Below are positions 25,745 through 38,025 of a stretch of DNA of 64,000 bases, one piece after another. The notes beneath the pieces were generated by a model that saw only the letters and a list, made by a program, of their open reading frames with translations, did no database searches and had not been told where the DNA came from. The stretch is taken from the NCBI RefSeq assembly GCF_963921235.1, contig NC_086097.1, positions 142,788,001 through 142,852,000 on the forward strand. Direction: 5' to 3'. Source of the stretch: Mobula hypostoma. Lineage: Eukaryota. Position 1 is the stretch's first letter, and the number at the start of each line of letters is the position of its first letter. Made by a program: the position numbers and the translations under genes.

Positions 25745-26403
25745 GAATACAGCTCCATAATTCATTAAAAGTGGCATCACAGGTAGACAGGGTCATAAAG
25801 AAAGCTTTTGGCACGTTAGCCTTCATAAATCAAAATATTGAATACAGGAAATAGGATGTTATGTTGAAGTTGTACAAGACATTGTTGAGGCCTAATTTGG
25901 AAAGATGTAAATAAGGTTGAAAGAGTAGAGAAAATTTACAAGGATGTGCTGGGACTGGAGGACCACAGTTATAAGGAAAGATTGAAAAGATTTGGACTGT
26001 ATTCCTTGGAACGTAGAAAATGGAGAGGAGATTTGATAGAGGTATACAAAACTATGAGGGGTATAGATAGGGTAAATACAAGCAAGCTTTTTCCACTGAG
26101 GTTGGGTGGGACTACAACCAGAGGTCATAGGTTAAGGATGTAAGCAGAAAAAATTAAAGGGGAACATGAAGGGAATCTTCTTAAGTCAGAAATGCCGTGA
26201 GAATGTGGAATGAGCTGGCAGCACAACTGGTGCATGCAAACTCGATTTCAATGTTTAAGAGAAGTTTGGATAGGAACATGGATGGTAGGTACATGGAGGG
26301 CTACGGTCCTGGTGCAGGTTGATGGGATTAGGCAGTTTAAATTATTTGCACCGACTAGATGGGCCAAAGAGCCTGTGTCTGTGCTATATTTTCCTATGAC
26401 TCT
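25745..26403 (+). mobile_element. CR1 3' fragment
   Basis: YKERLKRFGLYSLERRKWRGDLIEVYK...TRGH. Confidence 0.9.
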
Positions 26404-26815
26404 AAGTGGACCTTGTGATTTTAATCAAATGATAGAACAGATTCAAGGAGTTGATTAGCCTGCTCTTACTCCTGTTTCTGATGTTCTTAAAAAGAATTTA
26501 ATTGTTTGTGAAGTGCTTTGCAGCATTCTGGAGTCATTACAGATGCCTTAGAGCTACAAATTCATTCTTTCGGAATATTAAAATCTTTCAGACAGTATTT
26601 ACTTACAATAGCCTACTAGGATTTTTCTGCTCACTCTGATCTTTTTTTTCTTGGGACTGAATGAGTAGTTAGAGTACAACGTTGCAGCCAAAACACAACA
26701 GTTATGACTCAGATCATCTGAGCCTTCAAATGAGCACACTGCAGCCAAAAGTGTGCATAGATGAAAAGCAAAAGCTGTACTTTTATGTCTGTATTTTTTG
26801 TCTTTCTTACACTAG

Positions 26816-26847
26816 ATATCCACAGAGAACTTCAATTTTATGAATGG
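26816..26847 (+). other. Candidate 32-nt exon
   Basis: ttttttgtctttcttacactag| ... GG|gtaagg; two frames open (ISTENFNFMN or IHRELQFYEW). Confidence 0.35.
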
Positions 26848-26908
26848 GTAAGGAATTAAAAGGAATATAGGAGCAGAAGGAGGTTGGGATTATTTAAAAT
26901 ATATTTTT

Positions 26909-27020
26909 AGAGATACAGCACAGAACAGGCCCTTCTCGTCCAATGAACCCTGCCTCCCAGTAACCACCTATTTTTTTTAACACTAGCCTAATCACAAGAC
27001 AACTTACAATGACCAATTAA
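26909..27020 (-). mobile_element. SINE 3' half with CR1-like tail (V-SINE/HE1-like)
   Basis: Reverse strand ttaattggtcattgtaagttgtc...gaagggcctgttctgtgctgtatctct. Confidence 0.55.
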
Positions 27021-27021
27021 T

Positions 27022-28945
27022 GTCAAGTTTATTGTCATTTAACTATACACATGTATGTAACGTATATAACCATATAATGTATTTAGAAATGAGACATTTC
27101 TCCAAACCAGGGTGTAAAGCACAGTAGTACACATAACATCCATAACACACTAAAACTTATGAAAGCAAGGATACAATCCACAGATGAATCATACATAAAT
27201 TACAAAGTAAAGTACATTAATATTAAATATTGTGAGGTATGGAACAGGTTAACCAGTGACACTTCAAATACGATGCAGCGGGGAGTTCAGAAGCCCAATG
27301 GCCTGGGGGGCAAAAGAATCTCTTTCCCATCCTGACCGTTCTTGTTTTATGCATTGTAGTCTCCTGCCTGATGGAAGAAAGTTAAAGAGGATGCTGGCTG
27401 GATGGGTGGGATCCTTATGAACACTAAGGGCCCGGTGTACGCAGCGGTCCTGATAAATGTCCCCAGTGGATAGTAGGGAGACCCCTATGATCCTCTCAGC
27501 TGTTCTCAGTCCTTTGAAGGGACTTCTGGTCCAATGCTCGACTGCTCCCATACTAGATGGAGATGCAACTTATCGGGACGCTCTCAATGGTGCTCCTGTA
27601 AAACGCCTTTAAGGTGTGGGGGAAGCTTTGCTTGCCTTAATCTTCTGAGGAAATGGAGGTGCTGCTGTGCCTTCTTGTTCAGGGAGGTGATATTAAAGGG
27701 CCAAGTGAGGTCATCCGTGATGTGAACTCCCAGGAATTTAGTGTACTTTACTCTGTCTATAGAGGAGCCATGTATTCGCAGAGGGGTATGCACCTTCCTG
27801 AAATCCACAGTGATTTCCTTTGTCTTCTCCGCATTCAGGCTTAGGTTGCTCTTCACACCAATCCACCAGCTACTCCACTTCCTCTCTATACCCCATCTTG
27901 TCATTGTTCTTGATAAGGCTCACCACTGTTGTGTCATCCACAAACTTGATGATAAGGTTTGAACTGGATCCTGCGACACTGTCATGAGTCAGCAGTGCGA
28001 ACAGCAGTGGGCTGAGCACACAACCTCGGGGCGCACCACTGCTCAGCGTAATGGGATTATAGATATTGCAGCCCACATAGGCTGTCTGTGGCCTTACTGT
28101 TAAGAAATCCAGTATTCAGTTGCAGAGGGAGGTGTTGAGGCCCAGCAAGGACAGTTTCTCAGTTTCCGGGGTATGATGTTGTTGAATGCCAAAATGAATT
28201 CTACAAACAGCAGCCTGGCATATGAGACCCCATTTTCCAGGTGGGACAGGACAGAGTGGGGGGCAGAGGCTACTGCATTATCAGTGGATCGACTTGAGCA
28301 ATAAGCAAACTGAAAAGGGCCCAGTGTAGCCAGGAAAAAGGCTTTAATATGCTCCATAACCAGCCGTTTAAAGCATTTCATAATGGTTGATGTAACACCA
28401 CAGGATAATAGTCATTTAGGCAGATTACTGTTGCCTTCTTTGGCACTCAAATGATGTTTGCCACCTTGAAAACCAAGAGGACAATGGATTGTTCCAGAGA
28501 TATGTTGAATATATCCGTCAGCACCTCCATCAGCTGGGCTGCATAGTCTTTCAGAACCCGACCTGGTATGTTATCGGGCCCTGTAGCTTTGCATGGGTTG
28601 ACTCTGGCCAGGGTCTTCCTCACCTCAGCTTCAGCCAGATGGAGTATTTGCTCCCCTGGGGGAGGGGTGCCTTCCTTGCCAGCATTTCGTTCTGCACATC
28701 AAACCAGGCATAGAAGTCATTCAGCCTCTCAGGGAGTGAAGCATCCTGGTCACTGGCGCGCAGGGTAAACTTGTAGTCTGTAATCCTCTGAATTCCCTGC
28801 CACATGTGCCCCATGTCTCTGATGTCGCAGAAGTGGCTGTAAGTCCTCTGAGAATGCTCTCCTTTCACCTTCCTGATGGACCGGGAAAGCACATCTCTTA
28901 CTTCCCTGAGAGCTCTTGCATCCCCTGAACTAAAGGCAGCATCAC
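27022..28945 (-). mobile_element. Rex1/Babar LINE (RT to 3' end)
   Basis: [44 protein letters not shown]. Confidence 0.9.
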
Positions 28946-29757
28946 GATTCTTCATATGTTTCAGTAAGATCCCCCCTCAATCTTCTAAATTCCAGAGAGT
29001 ATAAGCCTAGTCGATACAGTCTTTCATCATATGAAAGTCCTGCCGTCCCAGGAATCAATCTGGTGAACCTTCTTTGTACTCCCTCTATGGCAAGAATGTC
29101 CTTCCTCAGATTAGGGGACCAAAACTGCACACAATACTCCAGGTGTGGTCTCACCAAGGCCTTGTACAACTGCAGTAGCGCCTCTCTGCTCCTGTACTCG
29201 AATCCTCTTGCTATGAATGCCAGCATACCATTCGCCTTTTTCATCGCTTGCTGTACCTGCATGCCCACTTTCAATGACTGGTGTATAATGACACTCAGAT
29301 CTCATCGCACCTCCCCTTTTCCTAATCGGCCACCATTCAGATAATAATGTTTTCCTGTTTTTGCCACCAAAGTGGATAACCTCACATTTATCCACATTAA
29401 ATTGCATCTGCCATGAATTTGCCCACTCACCTAACCTATCCAAGTCACCCCGCATCCTCTTAGCATCCTCCTAGCATCCTCCTCACAGCTAACACTGCCG
29501 CCCAGCTTCGTGTCATCCGCAAACTTGGAGGTGTTGCATTTAATTCCCTCATCTAAGTCATTAATATATATTGTAAGCAACTGGGGTCCCAGCATTAAGC
29601 CTTGAGGTACCACACTAGTCACTGCCTGCCATTCTGAAAAGGTCCCGTTTATTCCCACTCTTTGCTTCCTGTCTGCCAACCAATTCTCTATCCACATCAA
29701 TACCATACCCCCAATAGCGTGTGCTTTAAGTTTGCACACTAATCTCCTGTGTGGGAC
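28946..29757 (-). mobile_element. Young CR1 internal fragment, same subfamily as 46870-49045
   Basis: Very similar to about 47255-48035; KFADDTKLGG, YKALVRPHLEYCVQFW. Confidence 0.92.
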
Positions 29758-29759
29758 TA

Positions 29760-32700
29760 ACCAAGAACCTATCAATCTCTGCTTTAAATATATTCAATGA
29801 CCTGGCCTCTATAGCTGCCTATGGTAATGAATTCCACAAATTCACTACCTTCTGGCAAAAGGAATTGCTCCTCATATCTGTTCTAAATGGTCATCTCTTA
29901 TTTTGAGGCCTTGCCTTCTGGTCCTAGACACCCCCACATCCTCTCCACATCCACTTTATCCAGGCCTTTAAATATTCAATAGCTTTCAATAAGATCTCCT
30001 GTTCATTCTTCTAAATTCCAGCCAGTACAGGTCCAGAGCCATCAAACACTCCTCATACTTTAACCCTTCAATTCCAATCCTTTCTAATGATAGCACATCC
30101 TTTCATCGATGAGGGGCTCTATACTATGAACAATACTCCAAATGTGGTCTACCCATTAACTTATAAAGCCTCAGCATTATATCCTTGCTTTTACAGGAAA
30201 GCTCTACAACAGCTGCCAAAACTGTCCAAAGCATCACCAACACCAGCCTCCCTGCCATCAGACATATATAGAGAAAGGTGCTGGAAAAAGGCCAGAAACA
30301 TCATGAAGGATCCAATCCACTGTCCTCATGGACTGGTTGTCCTTCTCCTATCAGGGAAGAGACCTTGCCAGGACCACAAGCCTTAAAAACACTTACCCTT
30401 TTATACTATTGGCTCACATCCCTACATATTTCATCTTTTCTGCCTTTATTGCTTTTGTAGTTCCCATCTGTTGGTTTTTAAAAGCTTCCCAATCCTCTAA
30501 CTTCCCACTAATTTTTGCTATATTATATGCCGTCTCTTCTTTTTTTGCCCTGTTTGATTTCCCTTATTCTTCCACATCTACCAAATTGCTTCCAATCAAC
30601 TTTGGCTAGTTCCTCTCTTATGCCTCTGCAATTCCCTTTATTCCACTGTAATACTGATACATCCAATTTTAGCTTCTTCCTTTCAAACTACAGGGTGAAT
30701 TTTAAATTACACTCACTGCCTCCTAAGGATTCTTTTACCTTAAGCTCCCTCGTCAAATCTGGTTCATTACACAACACCCAATTCAGGATTGCCTTTTCCC
30801 TAATGGGCTCAACCATAAGCTGCTCTAGAAAGCCATCCTGTAGGCATTCTACAATTTCCTTCTCTTGGAATCCAGCACCAACCTCTGAGTTTCCTAATCT
30901 ACCCGCATAGTGAAATCCCCCATGAACATCGTAACATTGCACTTTTTACATACCTTTTCTATCTCCCATTGTAATAAGTACCCCACATCTGACTACTGTT
31001 TGGAAGCCTGTATATAACTTCCTTCAGGATCTTTTACCCTTGCATTTTCTTAACTTTATCCACAAGGATTCTACACTTTCCAATCCCATGTCTTCTCTTT
31101 GTAAGGATCAGATTTCGTTTTTTTTTACCAACAGAACCTGATGGGATTTACCCCAGGTTATTGAAGGAGGCAAGAGGCAAGATTACTGGGCCCTTGACCA
31201 GTATCTTCTTGTCCTCTGTAGCTACAGGCAAGGTCCCCAAGGACTGGTGAGTGGTTAATGTTGTACCTCTATTTAAGAAGGGAACAACGGAAAATCCTGG
31301 GAACCATAGACCGGTGAGTTGTCAGTTGTAGGGAAATTGCTTGAGAAAATTCTTAGGGATAAGATATACAAGCATTTGGAAACCCATGGCCTATTGAAGG
31401 ATTGCCAGCATGACTTTGTGCATGGCAGGTCGTTTTATTGACAAGGTGACAAGAGATTGATGAGGGTAGGGCAGTGGATGTTGTTGACATGGATTTTAGT
31501 AAGGCGTTTAACAAAGTTCCTCATTGGAGGCTAATCCAGAAGATTAAGATGCATGGGATACATGTCAAATTGGCTGTTTGGATTCAGAACTGACTTGCAC
31601 GAAGAAGTCAGAGGGTAGTGGCTGAAGGGACTTATCCGACCTGGAGGTCTGTAGTTAGTGGTGCTCCACAGGGATTTGTGCTGGGACCTCTGCTGTTTGT
31701 GATGAAAATGTCGAAGGGTGGGTTAGTAAGTTTGTGGATGATACCAAGATTGGTGGAGTTGTGGATAGCGTAGAAGACTGACAAAAAATACAGCGTGATA
31801 TAAATCAGTCCCAGATATGGGCAGAAAACTGGCAGATGGAGTTTAACCCAGATAAATATGAGGTGTTGCACCTTGGCAGGGTGAATGCAAGGAGACAGTT
31901 CACTGTTAGGGGTAAGATCCTTAACCGTGTTGCTGTGCACAGAGATCTTGGGATCCAAGTTCATTGCTCCTTGGAAGTGGCTACACAGATCAATAAGATG
32001 GTGAAGAAAGCTTATGGAATACTTGCTTTTATTAGTCGAGGCATTGAGTTCAAAATTCAAGAGATTATGTTGCAACTTTATAAAAATTGAGTTAGGCCAC
32101 ATCTGGAGTATTGAACACAGTTCTGGTTTACCCACTATAGAAAGAGTGTTGAGGCCTTGGCGAGGGTGCAGAAGAAGTTTTACCAGGATGCTGTCTGGTT
32201 TAGAGGGCATGTGCTGTCATGAGAAGATGGATAAACTTGGGTTGTTTTCTCTGGAGCACTGGAGGCTGAGGGGAAATCAGATAGAGGTTTATAAGATTGT
32301 GAGAGGCATAGATAGAGTGGACAGAGTATTTTGTTTTCTAGAGTTGAAGTGTCTAATATGAGAGGGCATGCATTGATGGCAAGATGGGTATGTGAGGGGT
32401 AAGCTTTTTACTCATAGAGTCATGGATGCCTGGAATGTGCCGCCTGGTATGGTGGTAGAGGCAAATAACATTAGAGGCTTTTAAGAGACATTTGGATAGG
32501 CTCATGGATGTAAGGAGGATGGAGAGATATGGACATTGTGTAGGTAGGAGGGCTTAGTGTTTGGGTGTTTTTGATTTGCTTTTTAGCTGGTTTGTATGTG
32601 CAATACCGTTCTATGTTCTATGGAGCCACCCACCCTCTCTGCCAACCTGTTTGTCCTTTCGATACAATGTGTATCTATGTATGTTAAGCTCCCAACTATT

Positions 32701-32793
32701 CTTTCAGCCACAGTGTCATACCTGCCAATTTCTAACTGTGCTACCAGATCACCTACCTTGTCCTGTATCCTGTGTGCATTCAAATATAACACC
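29760..32793 (-). mobile_element. Fragmented CR1 (-) containing a Rex fragment (about 30190-30380) and a nested CR1 (+)
   Basis: ILNWVLCNEP at about 30780; LYLNAHRIQDK at about 32790 continues the same element past the nested copy. Confidence 0.75.
31137..32621 (+). mobile_element. 5'-truncated CR1 (RT to 3' tail)
   Basis: MEFNPDKYEVLHLG, KAYGILAFISRGIEF; tail ttctatgttctat; related to 10297-13190. Confidence 0.9.
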
Positions 32794-33699
32794 TAATAAC
32801 ATAGACAATACACAACGAATGGAAAGGTCCCAGGGAATGCTGTTGGTACAGACAGCCCTTTGGGTACAAGGCAAACTTTCCTAGGCTGCCCCAAAATCAT
32901 TTCGGAAAGTCTACATAGTAATGGTCATTTGTAAATCTGTTGGGTTTTAGGTCAATCCAATGAATGAGAACTTCTTGTAGTCATCTCACAAATGACAAAC
33001 GTTTTGATTTGAAACATGGCCTTTACTATATTCATTTACAACGTTGTATTTCAGCTTCCAAGAGTTTTTGACAAGACTCTGCCAGAAAATTAAGCCATGT
33101 GATTTGCAGATAGAAAAAAATGGATTAAGCATAAAAACAAACGAGTTTTGAGAAGTTTATATTCTTAGGAATGGTAAGATTGCTGAGCATGTTCTTCTGA
33201 TGATGAATTCTGGTTTGTTGCCATTTCAGTATTACATGAATAACTTAGTTAAATAAATTGGTCAAATTTTGGTGCTGAGATTTGCTATAATGATACAGAT
33301 GTTCCCTGCTTTTCGAACGTTCGCTTTACGAAACCCCACTGTTACGAAAGACCTACGTTAGTACCCTATTTTCGCTAACAGAAGGTGTTTTCACTGTTAC
33401 GAAAAAAGCAGCGCGTGAAAAAGATCAGCGTGTGCCCCGAGCAGCCGCTCTCTCCCCGGATTCGGAACTGCATTCTCGCTGGCATTGCTTAAACACGTGC
33501 CTGTGAGCAGCTGTTAGCAAGATGAGTTCTATGGTATTGGAAAAGCCTGAAAGAGCTCGTAAGGGTGTTACACTTAGCGTAAAACTAGACATAATTAAGC
33601 GCAAACAACAGGAATTCTGCAGATGCTGAAAATTCAAGCAACACACATAAAAGTTGTTGGTGAACACAGCAGGCCAGGCAGCATCTCTAGGAAGAGGTG

Positions 33700-33737
33700 C
33701 AGTCGATGTTTCAGGCCGAGACCCTTCGTCAGGACTA
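33700..33737 (-). ncRNA. Minimal hammerhead ribozyme motif (variant GAAACAUC)
   Basis: Reverse strand tagtc-CTGACGA-agggtctcggcct-GAAAC-ATC-gactg. Confidence 0.65.
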
Positions 33738-36700
33738 ACTGAAGGAAGAGTGAGTAAGGGATTTGAAAGTTGGAGGGGGAGGGGGAGATCCAAAATGATA
33801 GGAGAAGACAGGAGGGGGAGGGATGGAGCCAAGAGCTGGACAGGTGATAGGCAAAAGGGATACGAGAGGATCATGGGACAGGAGGTCCGGGAAGAAAGAC
33901 AAGGTGGGGGGGGGACCCAGAGGATGGGCAAGGGGTATATTCAGAGGGACAGAGGGAGAAAAAGGAGAGTGAGAGAAAGAATGTGTGTATAAAAATAAGT
34001 AACAGATGGGGTACGAGGGGGAGGTGGGTCATTAGCGGAAGTTAGAGAAGTCGATGTTCATGCCATCAGGTTGGAGGCTACCCAGACGGAATATAAGGTG
34101 TTGTTCCTCCAACCTTGAGTGTGGCTTCATCTTTACAGTAGAGGAGGCCGTGGATAGACATGTCAGAATGGGAATGGGATGTGGAATTAAAATGTGTGGC
34201 CACTGGGAGATCCTGCTTTCTCTGGCGGACACAGCGTAGATGTTCAGCAAAGCGGTCTCCCAGTCTGCGTCGGGTCTCGCCAATATATAAAAGGCCACAT
34301 CGGGAGCACCGGACGCAGTATATCACCCCAGCCGACTCACAGGTGAAGTGTTGCCTCACCTGGAAGGACTGTTTGGGGCCCTGAATGGTGGTAAGGGAGG
34401 AAGTGTAAGGGCATGTGTAGCACTTGTTCCGCTTAGTGCCAGGAGGGAGATCAGTGGAGAGGGATGGGGGGGACGAATGGACAAGGGAGTTGCGTAGGGA
34501 GCGATCCCTGTTGAATGCAGGGCGGGGGGGAGGGAAAGATGTGCTTAGTGGTGGGATCCCGTTGGAGGTGGCGGAAGTTACGGAGAATAATATGTTGGAC
34601 CCGGAGGCTGGTGGGGTGGTAGGTGAGGACCAGGGGAACCCTATTCCTAGTGGGGTGGCGGGAGGATGGAGTGAGAGCAGATGTACGTGAAATGGGGAAG
34701 ATGCGTTTAAGAGTAGAGTTGATAGTGGAGGAAGGGAAGCCCCTTTCTTTAAAGAAGGAAGACATCTCCCTCGTCCTAGAATGAAAAGCCTCATCCTGAG
34801 AGCAGATGCAGCGGAGACAGAGGAATTGCGAGAAGGGGATGGCGTTTTTGCAAGAGACAGGGTGAGAAGAGGAATAGTCCAGATAGCTGTGAGAGTCAGT
34901 AGGCTTATAGTAGACATCAGTGGATAAGCTGTCTCCAGAGACAGAGACAGAAAGATCTAGAAAGGGGAGGGAGGTGTTGGAAATGGACCAGGTAAACTTG
35001 AGGGCAGGGTGAAAGTTGGAGGCAAAGTTAATAAAGTCAACGAGCTCTGCATGCGTGCAGGAAGCAGTGCCAATGCAGTCGTCGATGTAGCGAAGGAAAA
35101 GTGGGGGACAGATACCAGAATAGGCACGGAACATAGATTGTTCCACAAAGCCAACAAAAAGGCAAGCATAGCTAGGACCCATACGGGTGCCCATAGCTAC
35201 ACCTTTAGTTTGGAGGAAGTGGACATCAACCATCTTGACTTCACCGCACCTTGTCCCCATTCCAACCTCACTCCTTCGGAACGCTCTGCTCTCCACTCCC
35301 TCCGTACTAATCCTAACCTTATTATTAAACCTGCCGATAAGCGGGGGTGCTGTTGTAGTCTGGCGTACTGACCTCTACCTTGCCAAGGCACGGCGACAAC
35401 TCACGGATACCTCCTCTTATTTACCCCTCGATTGTGACCCCACTAAGGAGCACCAGGCCATTGTCTCCCACACCATCACCGACTTTATCCGCTCAGGGGA
35501 TCTCCCATCCACTGCTACCAACCTTATAGTTTCCACACCTCGCACTTCCCGTTTCTACCTCCTACCCAAGATCCACAAACCTGCCTGTCCTGGCCGACCT
35601 ATTGTCTCAGCTTGCTCCTGCCCCACCGAACTCGTTTCTGCATACCTCGACACGGTTTTATCCCCCCTTGTTCAATCCCTTTCAACCTATGTTCGTGACA
35701 CTTCTCAGCTCTTAAACTTTTCGAAGATTTTAAGTTTCCTGGCCCCCACCGCTTTATTTTCACCATGGATGTCCAGTCCCTATATACTTCCATCCCCCAT
35801 CAGGAAGGTCTCAAAGCTCTACGCTTCTTTTTGGATTCCAGACCTAATCAGTTCCCCTCTACCACCACTCTGCTCTGTCTAGCGGAATTAGTCCTTACTC
35901 TTAATAATTTCTCCTTTGGCTCCTCCCACTTCCTCCAAACTAAAGGTGTAGCTATGGGCACCCGTATGGGTCCTAGCTGTGCCTGCCTTTTTGTTGGCTT
36001 TGTGGAACAATCTATGTTCCGTGCCTATTCTGGTATCTGTCCCCCACTTTTCCTTCGCTACATCGACACTGCATTGGCGCTGCTTTCTGCACGCATGCAG
36101 AACTCATTGACTTTATTAACTTTGCCTCCAACTTTCACCCTGCCCTTAAGTTTACCTGGTCCATTTCCAACACCTCCCTCCCCTTTCTAGATCTTTCTGT
36201 CTCTGTCTCCGGAGACAGCTTATCCACTGATGTCTACTATAAGCCTACTGACTCTCACAGCTATCTGGACCATTCCTCTTCTCACCCTGTCTCTTGCAAA
36301 AATGCCATCCCCTTCTCGCAATTCCTCCGTCTCCGCCGCATCTGCTCTCAGGATGAGGCTTTCCATTCTAGGACGAGGGAGATGTCTTCCTTCTTTAAAG
36401 AAAGGGGCTTCCCTTCCTCCATTATCAACTCTGCTCTTAAACACATCTCCCTACGTTCCCTACGCAACTCCCTTCTCCATTCGTACCCCCCATCCCTCCC
36501 CACTGATCTCCCTCCTGGCACTAAGCGGAACAAGTGCTACACATGCCCTTACACTTCCTCCCTTACCACCATTCAGGGCCCCAAACAGTCCTTCCAGGTG
36601 AGGCAACACTTCACCTGTGAGTCGGCTGGGGTGATATACTGCGTCCGGTGCTCCCGATGTGGCCTTTTATATATTGGCGAGACCCGACGCAGACTGGGAG

Positions 36701-37225
36701 ACCGCTTTGCTGAACATCTACGCTGTGTCCGCCAGAGAAAGCAGGATCTCCCAGTGGCCACACATTTTAATTCCACATCCCATTCCCATTCTGACATGTC
36801 TATCCACGGCCTCCTCTACTGTAAAGATGAAGCCACACTCAAGGTTGGAGGAACAACACCTTATATTCCGTCTGGGTAGCCTCCAACCTGATGGCATGAA
36901 CATCGACTTCTCTAACTTCCGCTAATGACCCACCTCCCCCTCGTACCCCATCTGTTACTTATTTTTATACACACATTCTTTCTCTCACTCTCCTTTTTCT
37001 CCCTCTGTCCCTCTGAATATACCCCTTGCCCATCCTCTGGGTCCTCCCCCCACCTTGTCTTTCTTCCCGGACCTCCTGTCCCATGATCCTCTCGTATCCC
37101 TTTTGCCTATCACCTGTCCAGCTCTTGGCTCCATCCCTCCCCCTCCTGTCTTCTCCTATCATTTTGGATCTCCCCCTCCCCCTCCCCCTCCAACTTTCAA
37201 ATCCCTTACTCACTCTTCCTTCAGT

Positions 37226-37263
37226 TAGTCCTGACGAAGGGTCTCGGCCTGAAACGTCGACTG
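37226..37263 (+). ncRNA. Minimal type I hammerhead ribozyme motif, intact core
   Basis: agtc-CTGACGA-agg..cct-GAAAC-GTC-gact: stem I agtc/gact, short stem II, palindromic ACGT in place of stem III, GUC cleavage triplet. Confidence 0.8.
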
Positions 37264-37791
37264 CACCTCTTCCTAGAGATGCTGCCTGGCCTGCTGCGTT
37301 CACCAGCAACTTTTATGTGTGTTACATAATTAAGCGTTTCGATCGTGGTGAACGAAGTAAGGACTAAGTGAGTTTGGCTTGTGGAAGCTGATGAAGATGA
37401 TGTTGAAGAGGTTTTGGCATCCCATGACCAAGAACTGATAGATGAAGAGCTGAGGCAATTGGAAGAGGAAAGGATAACAATCGAAACCGAATGAGTAATG
37501 ATTAAGTACGACTTCAATTTTGAAAGGGTACGTCGGTTTAGGGGATTATTTGCAGGATGGTTTGAGTGCTTACAAAGAACTGTATGATAGAAAAATGCGC
37601 GAGGCTCAGCAGTTAAGCAAGCCTTCCACATCAGCCACAGCAGACAACGAATCTCGACCTTCGACATCGAGGCGGGCAGTTATAGGAGAAGATGAGCTGC
37701 CTGCTCTAATGGAAACAGACGATGAGATTGCACCCCAGTGTCCCACCACCCCAACCCCCAGGCCGCGGACAGATACTGATTCGTGGAGAAT

Positions 37792-38025
37792 GCAGCGGTA
37801 CCCGGGAGGCACACAGCACATCTTTAAGAAAAATGCCGAAATAAACATGCTAATTAATTAGGTGCTGCCTGACACATAATTGTCGGCCCAGATCAGAGGC
37901 AATGCAATTGGCAATCGGCACTGATCTGGGCTGACAATTACGTGCCGGGCGGCACCTAATTAATTAGCATGTTTATTTCGGCTTTTTTCTTAAAGATGTG
38001 CTGTGTGCCTCCCGGCTACCGCTGT
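37792..38025. repeat. Long imperfect hairpin (about 105-110-bp arms) inside the Tigger element
   Basis: gcagcggtacccgggaggcacacagcacatc...cagatcag pairs with ctgatctgg...gatgtgctgtgtgcctcccggctaccgctgt. Confidence 0.95.

Larger units (their letters stand above)
33602..37323. mobile_element. Young Penelope-like element inserted as a tail-out inverted dimer (RT, GIY-YIG, terminal repeat)
   Basis: Left arm 33602-35222 (-) mirrors 35926-37323 (+); GVAMGTRMGP, RYIDD, VIYCVRCSRCGLLYIGET; 13-bp TSD acataattaagcg at 33589-33601 and 37324-37336. Confidence 0.95.

Noticed and set aside
33055..33175. Apparent + exon (FQEFLTRLCQKIK...) with gtaaga donor
   Set aside because: Contains an in-frame stop and resembles a decayed CR1 RT segment (VFDK, WIKHKNKRV).
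33425..33992. Pro/Ser/Leu-rich and Gly/Arg-rich ORFs recurring at about 33.7, 37.1, 40.0 and 57.4 kb
   Set aside because: Translations of the purine/pyrimidine-skewed Penelope terminal repeat; no evidence they are genes.
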